The translations under genes were made by a program, and so were the position numbers. Under the pieces are notes generated by a model that searched no databases, had not been told where the DNA came from, and saw only the letters and a list, made by a program, of their open reading frames with translations. Below are positions 22,000-34,794 of a stretch of DNA of 47,035 nt, in pieces (the first letter of the stretch is position 1; each line of letters opens with the position of its first letter). Origin of the DNA: Octopus sinensis (lineage: Eukaryota); assembly GCF_006345805.1 (NCBI RefSeq), contig NW_021834597.1, positions 1-47,035 of the forward strand. The letters run 5' to 3'.

Positions 22000-22431
22000 A
22001 GGTATATAAACACTCCGTAAGGTCTAACTCTTATTTTGCATTACACCAACTCTTATTTTGTTCCTTTTTTTTCTTCTTTTTTTCATACTGGTTTTTCATA
22101 AAGCGGTGAACTGGCAGAACTGTTTACACATGGAACAAAATGTTTCGCGGCCTTTCTTTTAGCTCTTCACGTTCCCACCGAGCTCAATTTTGCCTTTCAT
22201 CCTTTCGAGGTCGATAAATTACCGAACCATTTGACTGTTGGGATTGATATACACGCCTTCTCCGTAACATTACTGGGCTTGTGTTGTTTAAGATGTGATC
22301 GTATTTCTTTCTCAATCCATATTATTCTTTGTGTATATCGTATTAGATCATTGTTATGCGTGAGAAGGGGCTGTAATTTCATTTCGTTCCATGAGAAACT
22401 TTGTTCTTCCTTGCAGGTCCACCTTTATAAC

Positions 22432-22817
22432 GTACTAGCAGTATCGCCCGGCGTTGCTCGGGTTTGTAAGGGAAATAACTATAAAGCATTTTTAGAGAGT
22501 TATAGCCAAAAAATAGCAAAAAAATGGGAAAAAATGATGGTAAATTTTTTTGATAGTTAAAAAGGTCGAGTTGCGTCCCCTAGACCATCTGTGGTTTGTG
22601 TTTCTGATTGTCGACCCCATGTCGAATTTATCGATCTTTTTCAGAACTGGGGGAACTTTTCAAAATTTTCGCTGCGTTAGTTTTGAATTATGACATTGGG
22701 CTATGTGTGTGTCAAGTTTCATCAGAATCGGTTGAAAGCCGTGGTCAGGGTGAGGGTACAACCAAACAGACACACAGAAACACACACAGACAAACTGCCG
22801 TTTATATAGAGAGAGAT
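22432..22817 (+). mobile_element. Non-autonomous Helitron-like (Lep1/HINE-type) element
   Basis: 5' ACTAGCAGTATCGCCCGGCGTTGCTCGGG with hairpin; AAGTTTCATCAGAATCGG block; (ACAG/AC)n; 3' TTTATATAGAGAGAGAT. Family assignment is from recalled consensus features. Confidence 0.6.
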
Positions 22818-23446
22818 AACTTCTTCCTTAAGAAGAAAGCGTTTATTTACAAGAGCTTTATCCCTGTCCCTCATGTTTTTTATCGCCATTTTAAATTTGT
22901 TTTTGTTGAGCCTACTTTCCATCTTTTCAAAATCAGAATATCCATTTTGGCCTCCATGTAGTTCCAGCCCTCATTTATGAGAACGGGAATCAGACGAGTT
23001 AATCCCCGACCAATTAGTTCTTGCTGTTGTTGTTGATGCTGCTAGCGACTCTCTTTATTTTCGCTGGTTGTGGACAGGAGAGGGAGAAATGCTTGGTCCT
23101 CATGGAAAACTTTGACAGGGGGCAGTATCTTCCTGCAATATGGAGCTGGAAGTGTTATGCACCGAATTTGCAAAGATGGAATACCTTGAACGCCACTAAT
23201 GAATAGAAAATAAATGAAAGCAACAGAAGAATTTTGATGGAAAGTGGCGCTTAGTTAACAATTTCAAACTAGTAAGGACTGGTGTTTTTCTGGTGGCAGA
23301 AACGCGTGGAATTACATACCCCTACCTTTGCATAATTCTGCCGTTTCATTCAGATACAAAGACGTGGGGAACAGCTATTAATATCAGAAGAATCTGCCGC
23401 AGCGATGCGATTCACACTAACGTATCTCACTTCTGAAAGCACACAC

Positions 23447-23520
<74 letters not shown>

Positions 23521-23909
23521 TGTCATTTCATATATAGATCTTAACGAGATAGTTCGTGTTTGTTGGTGTAGTGCAAAACTAAATCAACTTCAGTCATGTG
23601 TATACAAATTCGATTATAATAAGCCTGCCTGAAAGGAGTCTAAAAAGAAACGGAATTGCAATAGTGAAGTTCTTGATCACGTGACCTGTTGCCCGAAACA
23701 AAATTCGCAGTTAGACCGGGAATGTTTATATACATAGGAAAAATAACGTTGTATGCTGTCTAGTGAAATACATAATTAGTGTTCACTCAGTTTTTATATC
23801 TGTTAGTTTGCTAATCAGTTGATTGCTCTTGTAGTTATTCGATTTGTAGGATCGCTTATTACTGTGAGGGTTCTGGCGATGCCGCCGCCGCTGGTGCTCT
23901 TCGTAAGGG

Positions 23910-24350
23910 TGTTTATACTGGTTTATGGTGGTGGTGGTGGTGATGGTGGTGGTGGTGGTGATGGTGATTGTGGTAAATAGTGCTAGTTTCGGTAGCTGCA
24001 GCGATTTCGGTTTTGGTGGTACCTGTGGTGTATGATTTGGATTATGGTTTGTCATTCTAGTCATGGTGGTATTGTGATATTGATGATGGTGATGATGATG
24101 ATGATGAGGGAGAGAAGGAGGAGGAGGATTAGGAGGAAGAGGAGAAAGACTAAGAGGAGGAGGAAGACTACGAGGAAGACTAAAGGGAAGAGAAAAAAGT
24201 GGACTAGGAGGAGAAGGAAAAGGACTAAGAGGAAGGGGAGGAGGGGTGTGAAAGTGGAGGAGGGAGTGGAAGAGGAGGAGAAGTGGAGAGAGAGGAGGAG
24301 GAGAAAGAGGAGGGAGAGGAAGTGGAGGGAGAGGAGGAGGAGAAAGGTGA
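23910..24350. repeat. (GGT/GAT)n and (GAG/GGA)n low-complexity tract
   Basis: Direct reading; produces the poly-P/H/R ORFs. Confidence 0.9.
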
Positions 24351-24391
24351 TACTGGTATCGGCATAGGTGGGTTTGGTAAAGGTACAATTA

Positions 24392-24623
24392 AGGCGGCGA
24401 GCTGGCAGAAACGTTAGCACGTCGGACGAATTGTGTAGCCGTATTTCCTCTGCCGTTACGTTCTGAGTTCAAATTCCGCCGAGGTCGACTTTGCCTTTCA
24501 TCCTTTCGGGGTCGATTAATTAAGTACCAGTTACGCACTGGGGTCAATGTAATCGACTTAATACCTATGTCTGTCCTTGTTTGTCCCTTCTATGCTTAGC
24601 CCCTTGTGGGTAATAAAGAAATA
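24392..24623 (+). mobile_element. Family A SINE, X-tail monomer, 16-bp TSD
   Basis: TSD GGTAAA(G/A)GTACAATTA at 24376-24391 and 24624-24639. Confidence 0.92.
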
Positions 24624-24676
24624 GGTAAAAGTACAATTAAAGAAGTTAATGATTTCTAGCTATGTTAGCAATGACT

Positions 24677-24711
<35 letters not shown>

Positions 24712-25399
24712 AATGATGATGATGATGATAGTAATGATACTGACTGGGACGTTGATAACCTTTATTAGTCAGGAGACCGGAACTAATAAAGAGACGTTAT
24801 GATGGAGTGTCCGAAAAATCTCAACTCAATAGAGTACATTCTATCGACATATTTTCCTCTCTGAGTCCCCAGATTCCTAGCTTCCTACATACGTACATAC
24901 ATAAATATCTACCAACCTTCCTACCTACTTACCTACCTATCTGTCTATCTACCAAACTATCTACAGAGCTAACGACCTACCTACAAACCTACCAGACGGC
25001 CAGCTTACCTGGCCTTTACTGCTGCCTAAGGTTTGAAGACAAACAAGTATGATTGATTCTGAAGTTGGATTCTTATTTTCTTTTCAACCACACCAAACTA
25101 TGATGATAAAGGGTAAATACAGCTGAAATGCTAACAAATCACGTACACACACACACACAGACACACACATATATATATATATACATATACATGAACACAT
25201 ACACGCACGCATGCACGTACACATATACGTACACGTGAATGCACATATATAAATAATCGGCTACTCATGTACTGCATATGGTATATATATATATATAAAG
25301 AAACACACAGATTGCCAAAGAGAGTACATAGACATTTTTGTGTATAGGCGCGCGCGCGTGTGTGTGTGTGTGAGTGTGTGCATGTTTGTGTGTACGCAC

Positions 25400-25545
25400 G
25401 AAGGCACTCAGCCTAGTGGTTAGGATTGTTGGGATCACTATACCATAAAGGCCTTTAGATCAGGCGGTGCGTTTTGGCCTTGAACAAGGTACTTCATTTC
25501 ATGCAACCCCAGTCAACTCATCTAAAAAACGAATAACCAGCCTTG
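25400..25545 (+). mobile_element. Family C SINE, diverged
   Basis: GAAGGCACTCAGCCTAGTGGTTAGG...GGCCTTGAACAAGGTACTTCATTTCATG. Confidence 0.55.
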
Positions 25546-25716
25546 TGCCTCTAGTTGTCTCATCCTCATTGCCTCTAGTTATCTCATCCTGAATGGTTGG
25601 GTCGAGAGTTGTGAGTGTGTATGTACTTGTATCTGTGTGTATGTATGTATGTATGTATGTATGTATGTATGTATGTATGTATGTATGTGTGTGTGTACAT
25701 ATATATATATATATGA

Positions 25717-25770
<54 letters not shown>

Positions 25771-25849
25771 ACAAAATAACAAATAAGACAAATGCATATA
25801 TACATACATATATGTACGTAACTACATCTATATGTATATATACATGCAT

Positions 25850-26200
25850 ATATGGGTACAGGACACCAAAAAAACGTCGAACACAAGGAGAAACGAAAAC
25901 ATAAAAACAAAACCAAGGAAACGGACATTTTTTTAAACAACGAAAAAGCAGAGTAAAAGACATACAACACAAGGAAAATTCCCCTTCTTCAGCCGCCTCT
26001 GTTTCGTCTACTCCGTGTTTCGAAGGTAAAGGCGAGACACGACTTCATGGAAACAGTCCTTCCCGCGAAGCAAATTAAATAAAATTTGAGATTTTTTTGC
26101 GGAGGGCTAAAAGTGGTAGCAAAAACAGGACAGTAAAGACAATACAAATAAAAACAGTGAAAGACAGGACAAGGGAAATAACAGTAACACAAACATTAAG
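25850..26200. repeat. Interspersed repeat starting TATGG(G)TACAGGAC, related to 46850-47010
   Basis: Shared 5' end directly after a (TA/CA)n tract; the minus strand has CGAAAC...CTGAAGAAGGGG, possibly a decayed Penelope-like LTR. Confidence 0.35.
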
Positions 26201-26313
26201 GGTAGTTAAGCCTGAACGAAAGAAAAACTATTTTGAACGCACACAAAGATAAAAACATAAATATTTACACGTACATATACATCCACCCATCCATACATAC
26301 ATACCTACATACA

Positions 26314-27180
26314 TACCCTGTTGTTGATGTTGAAATTCCAATGAAGGAACCTTGGATCTAGGTTAGAAACCGGCTCTCCCTCTCTCTCTTTCTCTCTCCC
26401 CCTCTCTCTCTCTCTATTGGCAAGAAATCTTGAAATAAAACTGAACAATACAATTAGCTGTCCAGCGGATGTTAATATAAAGCTGAAGATCAGTGAAAAA
26501 GAGAATATTTACGCTGAACTATTGAGAAATCTGCAGTTACTCAATCTTGATTACAAGTTCAGGTTTATACCTGTAATTATTGGGGCACTGGGATATGTAA
26601 CACACTGCCTAAATACCAATCTTCAGAAATTAGGCTTCTCAAAATCAAAAAGGAAATAGCTAATTCGAAGATTAGAGATCCAATCCATCACTGGGACTAT
26701 AAAAATCTGTAAAAGTTTCCAGACGTTTATCATTCAAGTATATATGAGCATGTCTAGATATGCACCTATACGCATGAGAAGACATACATAAAACAAATAT
26801 AAAACAAATCATACAAATTTGCACATATACATACATACATACATACATACATACATACATACATACATACATACATACATACATACATACATACATACAT
26901 ACAAAAATACCCTGTTGGAGGTGTTGAAATCCCAATGACGGAGTCTTGGATCTAGGTTAGAAACAATCTCTTTCTCTATTGATGAGAAATCTTGAAATAA
27001 CACTGAATGACATACACCAATAATAATTGGTACACTTGGTTTTATAAGTAAATGCCAAACTGTCAGCCTTGATAATCTTGGATTTTCAAAGAAAGGAATT
27101 AACTGAGTCACACATTATAAATACAATCTGTAAGCGGAACAGTAAACTTATGCAAGACATTTCTCAGGTTTAAAATGTAA
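26314..27180 (+). mobile_element. Head-to-tail stack of three (CATA)n-linked R4-like 3' fragments
   Basis: Module 26314-26447; RLE fragment 26452-26740 (ISCPADVNIKLKISEKENIYAELLRNLQ...FIPVIIGALG) + 3'UTR + (CATA)n + module 26902-27010; diverged RLE fragment 27017-27180 (PIIIGTLGFISKC...LDNLGFSKK...SVSGTVNLCKTFLRFKM). Confidence 0.8.
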
Positions 27181-27459
27181 CATTGTTTTCGTTATCTTCA
27201 TTCAAAAGATGGAGCTTTGTATCTATGCTAGAATCCAGCTCCTTCTTCAAAGGAAGAATTTAAATAATTGAAAGCAATGACGAACATACAAGCATTTTTA
27301 CTGCTGAGTTGTATGGGACACAATATCATCAAATCTAACAATACGAGGGTTTGCATGTTCTTCATCTACTCTTAAAGAAGCAAGCAACACTAAAAAAATC
27401 CGTTTGGTATTCTCGGCCGCAGTCTCTTGCTTGAAGATTCCTGATAGACACCAGCGTCA

Positions 27460-27605
27460 GTCAATTAAGTTGACCTCAGTTCATGGTTCAATACTAGACT
27501 TTAACTTTATTTTATCGACTTCGGAAGGATGAAATGTAAATTTGAACGACAAAAGACAGAATAAATACCGCAAAGCATTTTGTCACACGTTCAAGCGATT
27601 CTAAT
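27460..27605 (-). mobile_element. Family A SINE, decayed
   Basis: TTTTATCGACTTCGGAAGGATGAAA...AAATACCGCAAAGCATTTTG. Confidence 0.55.
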
Positions 27606-28087
27606 AATACAACATACATTCATATTTAAGAAAATCTATCATACAAAAAGCGCCGTGATCAAAGATTGCTCAAAGAGTACTCTACATTACTTCACACAAT
27701 TTGGCAGCCGGATATTTCTTCTTACAAGTCAATACATTGTTCAATGCTAGTGCTGTCATCATATCTACCTTTGACTGAACTCTTGAAGTAATCAGTTCCA
27801 TTGATATTAAAACCTCTAAGATTCTAGCATCGACTTGAAGATTCCAACGAAATAACATCGACAGACGAAAGAGCAGGGAAAGATTCCTTAGATCTGTTCA
27901 AAATGTTTTGAATGTTGAATTGCATTATGCAGAAAGTGCCTGATAAACATCAGCAACAAAAATAAAATTCCTCATCTAAGTGCTAAGAAGTGGGCAACGC
28001 CGTATGAGTGAAAAGTGAAAATTTCAATACTCAGTTCCTGATCATGTTATATGCGACAACAAAACTGCCTGGTAGATATTACCTTGA

Positions 28088-28365
28088 CCCTTTAACTGTG
28101 AAATTAAATTTCATGTTTTTTCCAGTATTGATCTTAAATATCGACCAAAAATAGAAAAATATTTTCTGCAAGTTACGTTACTTTAATAAACTTGACATAT
28201 TTCGACAAAAATAGTTTCAAACACGACATTCCCCAACGAAGGACAGATTGAAATGTAAAACTGCTTTCTGCAGTTAAGGGTAATAACGTTTTGAGTGGAT
28301 ATTAAAGATTTGTGCAATTAAGGGTAATTTTGAGAGGATTATATCTGATTTCCACAGTAAAAAGG
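28088..28365. mobile_element. Second piggyBac-type MITE
   Basis: TIRs CCCTTTAACTGTG and CACAGTAAAAAGG; flanks TTGA and TTAA. Confidence 0.5.
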
Positions 28366-28859
28366 TTAACAAGGACGAAGAGGAGAAACAAACAGTATCC
28401 TGTTTACAAACAAAAGTTATGTTTGGGTATGTTTCCCAGAAACTTCAAGATGGTTCCAATATCGAGATGATGTGTCACATGTCTTGGACTTGTAACCGTT
28501 ACTTGATGTAACACTTTGAAAGTTATAGCTTCTCAATCCAAAAGCAAGAGATACCTACTAAATACCTGTTGGATAAAAGGCACAGATCTGCATCAGATAT
28601 TACATACGTAAAAGGTAGCTGGCCAAAAACATTATATACGATTATATATAATGGTTGCCTTAGCAAGAAATACGCCGAAAAAATCTGAAATATATTATTG
28701 ATAAAGAGTATACATACTAACATAAACAGTATTGGTAGAACTTTCCATCAGAACCGGCTAAATTTAGAAATAATAGGTCTGGAACAGAAAACAAACAATT
28801 ACGTATTGTTATTGAAGCTGTGTGTGGATGTTAATGAAAATTGTGGTCTCAGTCACCCA

Positions 28860-29195
28860 GCTATCAGTTTTCAATTCCTTTGAAGAGGAACTCACTTCTA
28901 ATGCCTTCTTATGACCACTCATCTGTGGAGATAAATACAATGAAGCAGTGTTGTTGCCTTCGACACCAGTAAAGTTTTCCACCAAGTCTGTTATTGCATC
29001 TCCTCTCAAACCTTCTGCTTATGGCCACTCTCGGATCAATGGATTCCTGTCAAATCGTACTATCGTGACATATACTGATGGTGCTCTTTCTGACAAGTAC
29101 GCTAACAAAACTTGCTTATTCCTCGTTTTGGTTTATTCTTCTTACATTAACAAATTAATTGTTATCCCATGCCACAACACCCAGTTGAGTAACCT
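28860..29195 (+). mobile_element. Highly decayed CR1/L2/Jockey-group RT remnant
   Basis: SVVAFDTSKVFHQV (compare LDISKAFDRVWH), SAYG, RINGFLSNRTIVTYTDG, LFLVLVYSSYINKL in the expected order. Confidence 0.65.
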
Positions 29196-29270
29196 TTCGC
29201 ACCCAAGCGGAATCCAAATAGAGCTTCGATTTATTAGAATTACTGATGATTATTGTTAATACTTAGAACT

Positions 29271-29485
29271 GTGAAGGCGTGTGGCTTAATGGTTGTAAGA
29301 TTGTGGTTTCGATTCCTGGAATGGGTGAGGCACTGTATTCTTGAGAAAAATGCTTCATTTCACGTTACTCCTGTCCACTCAGCTGGCAAATATGAATAAA
29401 TCTGCGACGGACCGATGTCCTGTTCAGTGGGGGGATATATACGCCACAGAATCCGGGAAACCGACCTTGTGAACCTATGGTTTCG
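29271..29485 (+). mobile_element. Family C SINE
   Basis: GTGAAGGCGTGTGGCTTAATGG, GGTTTCGATTCC, CTTCATTTCACGTTACTCCTGTCCACTCAGCTGG. Confidence 0.75.
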
Positions 29486-30079
29486 GAAGGACCTTTCATC
29501 CTTCTCATTTCTGCTGTTATTGTTTAGCTTTCTCACTTTTGCTATTGTTGTTTAGCTTTTAATCAACTCTGATCCAGAAAACTAATGATCAAAGGCATTC
29601 CGACCATTACCATTTCAGCTTATTTTTCAGTTGTCAAGGTTACCTCTATAGATTTTAACATGTGATGTAATAGCACTGCTAACACAGTAGAACACGGTTT
29701 TGGCTTATAAAAACGTTCAATATACTTTTTAGTATATTATGGTTGCATAACGATATACCGTGCCTCTACAGTTCATTAATATTTACGTACTTATATTACA
29801 GATATTGTATATAACTACATTATCCTATATATGTCTATCCTTTTTTTTTTTTAATGGTAGAAATTGATTTGAGAGAAATTTGGCTGCTATTCCAAGCACG
29901 TCAAGTGGTCACGAAGATGTCTCTTCATTTAATCATTATTGTTATTGTTGGCGTTGCTGTTGTTGTTGCTATTGCTACTGCTGCTGGTGATTAGGATATT
30001 TCATTTTCGTTGATGGTCTAAGATCTTTTTGTTATAATTGTTACTAATATTCATTTTCGTACACCTTATTGCTACAGTG

Positions 30080-30127
<48 letters not shown>

Positions 30128-30947
30128 TTGTTGTTGTTTACCCCCCCCCCCCCCCGTCTGCTCTAGTCGAGCTACGATCAAAAGACTTCCTGCTGTTACC
30201 ATCCTGTCTTGTACTTAGCAGACATACTACATTAATACAATGCCAGCTTAAATATCTTTAAGGCAACAACGCTCTTCATTTAGTTACTATTTCTAGCAAG
30301 CCGAGCAACAGCGTAACAGTTCCCTGCTATCTCATGTTTTTGTCGTTATAGTTGTAGTTGCTGCTGTGATTTATTGTTGTTGCCATTGTTACTATTGTTC
30401 TGTCTCAAAATACATTGTTCGCCAACAGTTTACTACAATTACAAAGGCATTTTCCGGTTTAGTTCAACTGTAATATCTACTTCCGGTTAAGTGCGACTAA
30501 AATGGCTTCTTCGGTTTCACGTTCATGCGCCTCTCTCTATGTATGCATATTTAAGTGTCTGAAAATTGTATGTATATAAATTTGCCCATGTGTATATCTA
30601 GACGTGCACATCTCTGTGCGTGACATTTATGTGTGATTTCTGCATATATGTAAGCTGCATGTCTTTGTGCAGGGGTGTATACATATGCATGCATGTTAGC
30701 GAATAGACATACACGCACACACATACGCACAGGAGCGCATATTTACTTGTCCCATATGTTTGTGTGCAAGCATGTGTTTATATGTCAGCTTGTGTGTGTA
30801 TTTCGGGTGTATATATTCTTAATGTTTGGAAATTTAATGGTGTATATATGCGTATGTGCATGAATATCTTTTACATCCGTTTATGTTTGTATGTGTGAGT
30901 GCGCGTGTATGTGCGAGTGTGTTCATGTGCGTGCGTCCGAGTGTGTA

Positions 30948-31000
<53 letters not shown>

Positions 31001-31485
31001 AAGCACAACATATCAGACAACCATGTTACATGTTTTCTACAATCACTTGACATTCAACATTTAGCTGATTGGACGCCGCTGCATGCTAGGTGCACGGGAG
31101 GCAGACGGGCTGTTACGAAAAGTGGGGTGGTCGAGTAGATGCTTAAGCGGGTGGCCGGAATTAGTTGCCGGGTGAAAGAGGTGGTGCTGTAGTCGGCGGT
31201 AGCTGGATGATAACGAGAGAGGTTTATCGGGTTGGCTCGGTGGTATTATTTACTACCTCCACGGTGGATGTCAACTCAGTGTAGTTGGCTTGTTGCGTGC
31301 GGTACTCAAAGTGGTGTGGTGCTTTAAAAAAGGGTTAGACTTTGGAGGCGGAGGTGGCCGAATAAAAAAATGCTGGACACCTAGGCTAAAAGTCCAAGGA
31401 ACGACTCATGTTGTTTTCCCGTCACCTCTTTCAGAGAGCTGGAATTAAACCTAATAATGTGATGAGCTAAAAATAAAATTTAAAC

Positions 31486-31880
31486 AATCCTTTCTACAAT
31501 AGGCACAAGGCCTGAAATTAGGTGGAGGAAGATAGTCGATTATATCTACTCCAGTACTCAGCTGGTATTTATTTTATTGTCTCCGAAAGGGTGAAAGACA
31601 AAGTCGACCTCGGCGGAATTTGAACTCAGAACGTAACGGCAGACGAAATATCTGTTTCGTTATTACCCACAAGGGGCTAAACATAGAGGAGACAAACATG
31701 GACAGATAAACGGATTAAGTCTATTACATCAACCCCAGTGCGTAACTGGTACTTAATTTATCGACCCCGAAAGGACGAAAGGCAAAGTCGACCTCGGCAG
31801 AATTTGAACTCAGAACATAAAGGCAGACGAAATACGGCTACGCATTTCGCCCGGCGTGCTAACGGTTCTGCCAGCTCGCC
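31486..31880 (-). mobile_element. Family A SINE dimer
   Basis: Same architecture as 18150-18545, on the minus strand. Confidence 0.88.
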
Positions 31881-33377
31881 GAAAAAAAAAAAGAAAACTT
31901 GTTTTGTATTGGTGCTTAATTTTCTATATGCAGGCATGGCTGAGTAGTTAAAAGCATCTGGTTGGTTGGGAAGCAAGCTTTTTACCACTGCCACACCAGT
32001 ACCTATCGCTTCCTTTTTTTTTTTTTTTCTATGAGACACAGGTCGCCATTCTTACCTCTATGAAAAGGGAATGAGAGATCCTTAGATCTAATTTAACTAT
32101 ATGTGTGTATCTTTGTAGTTATCGCCACTGCTTGTCGAAATCTCTAAAAGAATTTTAATGCATCATATAGAAGTATTTTTTGATGCTGAATTCAAATTTG
32201 TTATTCATTTATTCCAGAAAAGTTTTGCGAAAATGTTACAGGTGTTCAAAATTTGAAAATTTTCAGAATTTTCAACCAACCAGAAAACAGCGCTAAAATA
32301 CCTAAATTTTGCAAATTCTAAAGGCTCTCTACTCTCTTTACTCTTTTACTTGTTTCAGTCATTGGAACAAAATTGTAAACAGTGATGATAACTACAAAGA
32401 CCCCTATGTGGTGTCAGCCTTCAATGTCTGGCATTAAATCTTGTAGTTTTGCTTTGTATGATGCTTCCTGTGATAGCAACCAGTTGTGGCTAATCATCAG
32501 GTAATTTCTGTTAAATATATCGTAGCAAGTCATTATTTTTTAATCCCAGAAGAAACTCTGACGGAGAAGCATTATGACCAAAAACTTTCCATTTCAGACC
32601 ATCGCAGAGCATATTTAAAACTACTTTATCCAATATAACTTCTTTATTTTTTTAATATAATTTTTTATAATTTGAAGGATATTTGGTTGTTATTACAAGC
32701 TAGTAGAGCAACAAAGTAAAGGTTCCCTCAACGCCTGTAATATTTTCTATTTAGGTAGAAAGTATCCCTTGATTAAAATTACGGAGTTTCTGGTTATTTT
32801 TGTTGCTACTGTATGGTGAGTTGAACCAAGTACTATTTCGTATTCTATTTCTCTTTAGAGTTGAGAGTGTATGTAATTTGTTTATAAAAATGTAATCATT
32901 GCTCTATCACATTTGTTTCAAAGCTTTGCTATAGAAATATGAGGCTTGTTTTTGTTTTTCTTATTTCCCTAACAGGCATTATAGATATTATTTTGCTTAC
33001 GTTCATGGTTGTCCTTTGTAGAGTGTTACATAAGCGAATAACTTTATTGCTTTGTCACAAGTTATTCGACTGATTTACCAGCATATAACAAAACTATTTG
33101 ATTTAGAATTATCGTGCTACAGAATATAGCACAAACACATTGGTTACTATATGAAAAAGTCATTATAAACTAAGGATAAAAAAAAGAGAATGCCCATTCG
33201 ATGATTGCTTCCGATCGGCAAGAGCCTAGAGTTATAAAGATGTCAAATTCTGAATCTTAATCTATTAACAAATGTACCATTTAAATGATCTACTTTAATG
33301 CCAGGCAAGCACACGTTTGTTTCATATACATACATACATATACATTTATTGATATATATATATATATATACATATAT

Positions 33378-33541
33378 AGGCGCAGGCATGGGTGTGTGGT
33401 AAGGAGCTTGTTTCCTAACCACAAGGTTCCAGATTTAGTCTTACTGTATGGCACCTTGGATAAGTGTATCCAACTATAGCCACGAGCCAACCAAAGCCTT
33501 GTGAGTGGATTTGGTAGGCGGAAACTAAAAGAAGCCCGTCG

Positions 33542-33542
<1 letters not shown>
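33378..33542 (+). mobile_element. Family B SINE head and core ending in (TA)n
   Basis: AGGCGCAGGCATGGGTGTGTGGTAAG...CCTTGGATAAGTG...AAAGAAGCCCGTCG(TA)n. Confidence 0.85.
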
Positions 33543-33638
<96 letters not shown>

Positions 33639-33833
33639 TATAATATATATATAATACAGTTTACATTTAAACACATAAGGAATACCCTCGTGGGATTCAA
33701 CGCGCTAGAAAGAACAGCTAGGTTCTATAACCACAAAATTAGGGATAAAATCCCGACAGGAACGAATTGAAAATATAAAAACTTTGACCATCTAGTTTCC
33801 GGGACCAATTGGTTTCTGGTTTTAGTTTAGCAA

Positions 33834-33982
33834 ATAAATAATATTCGCTAGGTGAAATCTTCGTCAACAGGTAAAAATTAGGATGTATAAACAAGAGGCA
33901 CATAGTTGATTGCCTCGTGTTTTATATATTTAATTTAAGGTGTACCGGTTGACGAAGATTTCACCTAGCGAATATTATTTAT
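33834..33982. repeat. 149-bp foldback with perfect 35-bp inverted arms
   Basis: 33834-33868 is the exact reverse complement of 33948-33982; inner GAGGCA/TGCCTC stem. Confidence 0.9.
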
Positions 33983-34089
33983 ATATCAAAACAGAAGGTT
34001 GAACAAATTTGTTGAGTATTATTTGTTCCCCACTACATATGTTTCATTACTAATAGGAGTTATATGGGTATACATGTGCAAAAACGTGT

Positions 34090-34345
34090 AAGACATCTCA
34101 TACGCACACACATACATGCACACACTCACACGCACACACACACATGTACGTACGCGCACACACGCATTCACATATACATACATACACACATACATACATA
34201 TATACATACACACACACACACATACATACATACACACACACATACATACATACATACATACATACACACATACATACATACATACATACATACATACATA
34301 CATACATACATACATACAAACATACATACATACATACATGCATAC
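34090..34345. repeat. (CATA/CA)n microsatellite
   Basis: Direct reading; a second array lies at 34597-34797. Confidence 0.95.
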
Positions 34346-34389
34346 ATCCTGGACTATCAATGATTTGCTTATAGTGATCAAATATTTGT

Positions 34390-34595
34390 GTTCACATAAG
34401 CCCACACCCGCCATCAAATCAACATTACCTCTCAGGAGCACCGTGTTCCATATGTCTGATGATGAAATGTTCGCGGAACACTGTGAAATGAAGTGCTTTG
34501 CTCAAGAACACAACGCAACACCCTGTTTGGGAATCGAGACCACGATCTTCCAATTGCGAGTCCAACACCCTAACCACTAATCCATGTGCCTTCAC
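34390..34595 (-). mobile_element. Family C SINE
   Basis: Minus strand TGTGAAGGCACATGGATTAGTGGTTAGGGTG...GTCTCGATTCCC...GTTGTGTTCTTGAGCAAAGCACTTCATTTCAC. Confidence 0.8.
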
Positions 34596-34698
34596 ATTCA
34601 TACATACATACATACATACATACACACATACATACATACATACATACATACACACATACATACATACGCCTTCACATACATACATACATATATACGCC

Positions 34699-34730
<32 letters not shown>

Positions 34731-34794
34731 CATACATACATACATACATACATGCATATATGCATACATACATACATACATACATACATACATA

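Noticed and set aside
23783-24388. 201-aa Pro/His/Thr-rich ORF
   Set aside because: Reverse complement of the GAG/GGT low-complexity tract.
27190-27960. Protein-like stretches on the minus strand
   Set aside because: Every frame is interrupted by stops and I recognise no motif.
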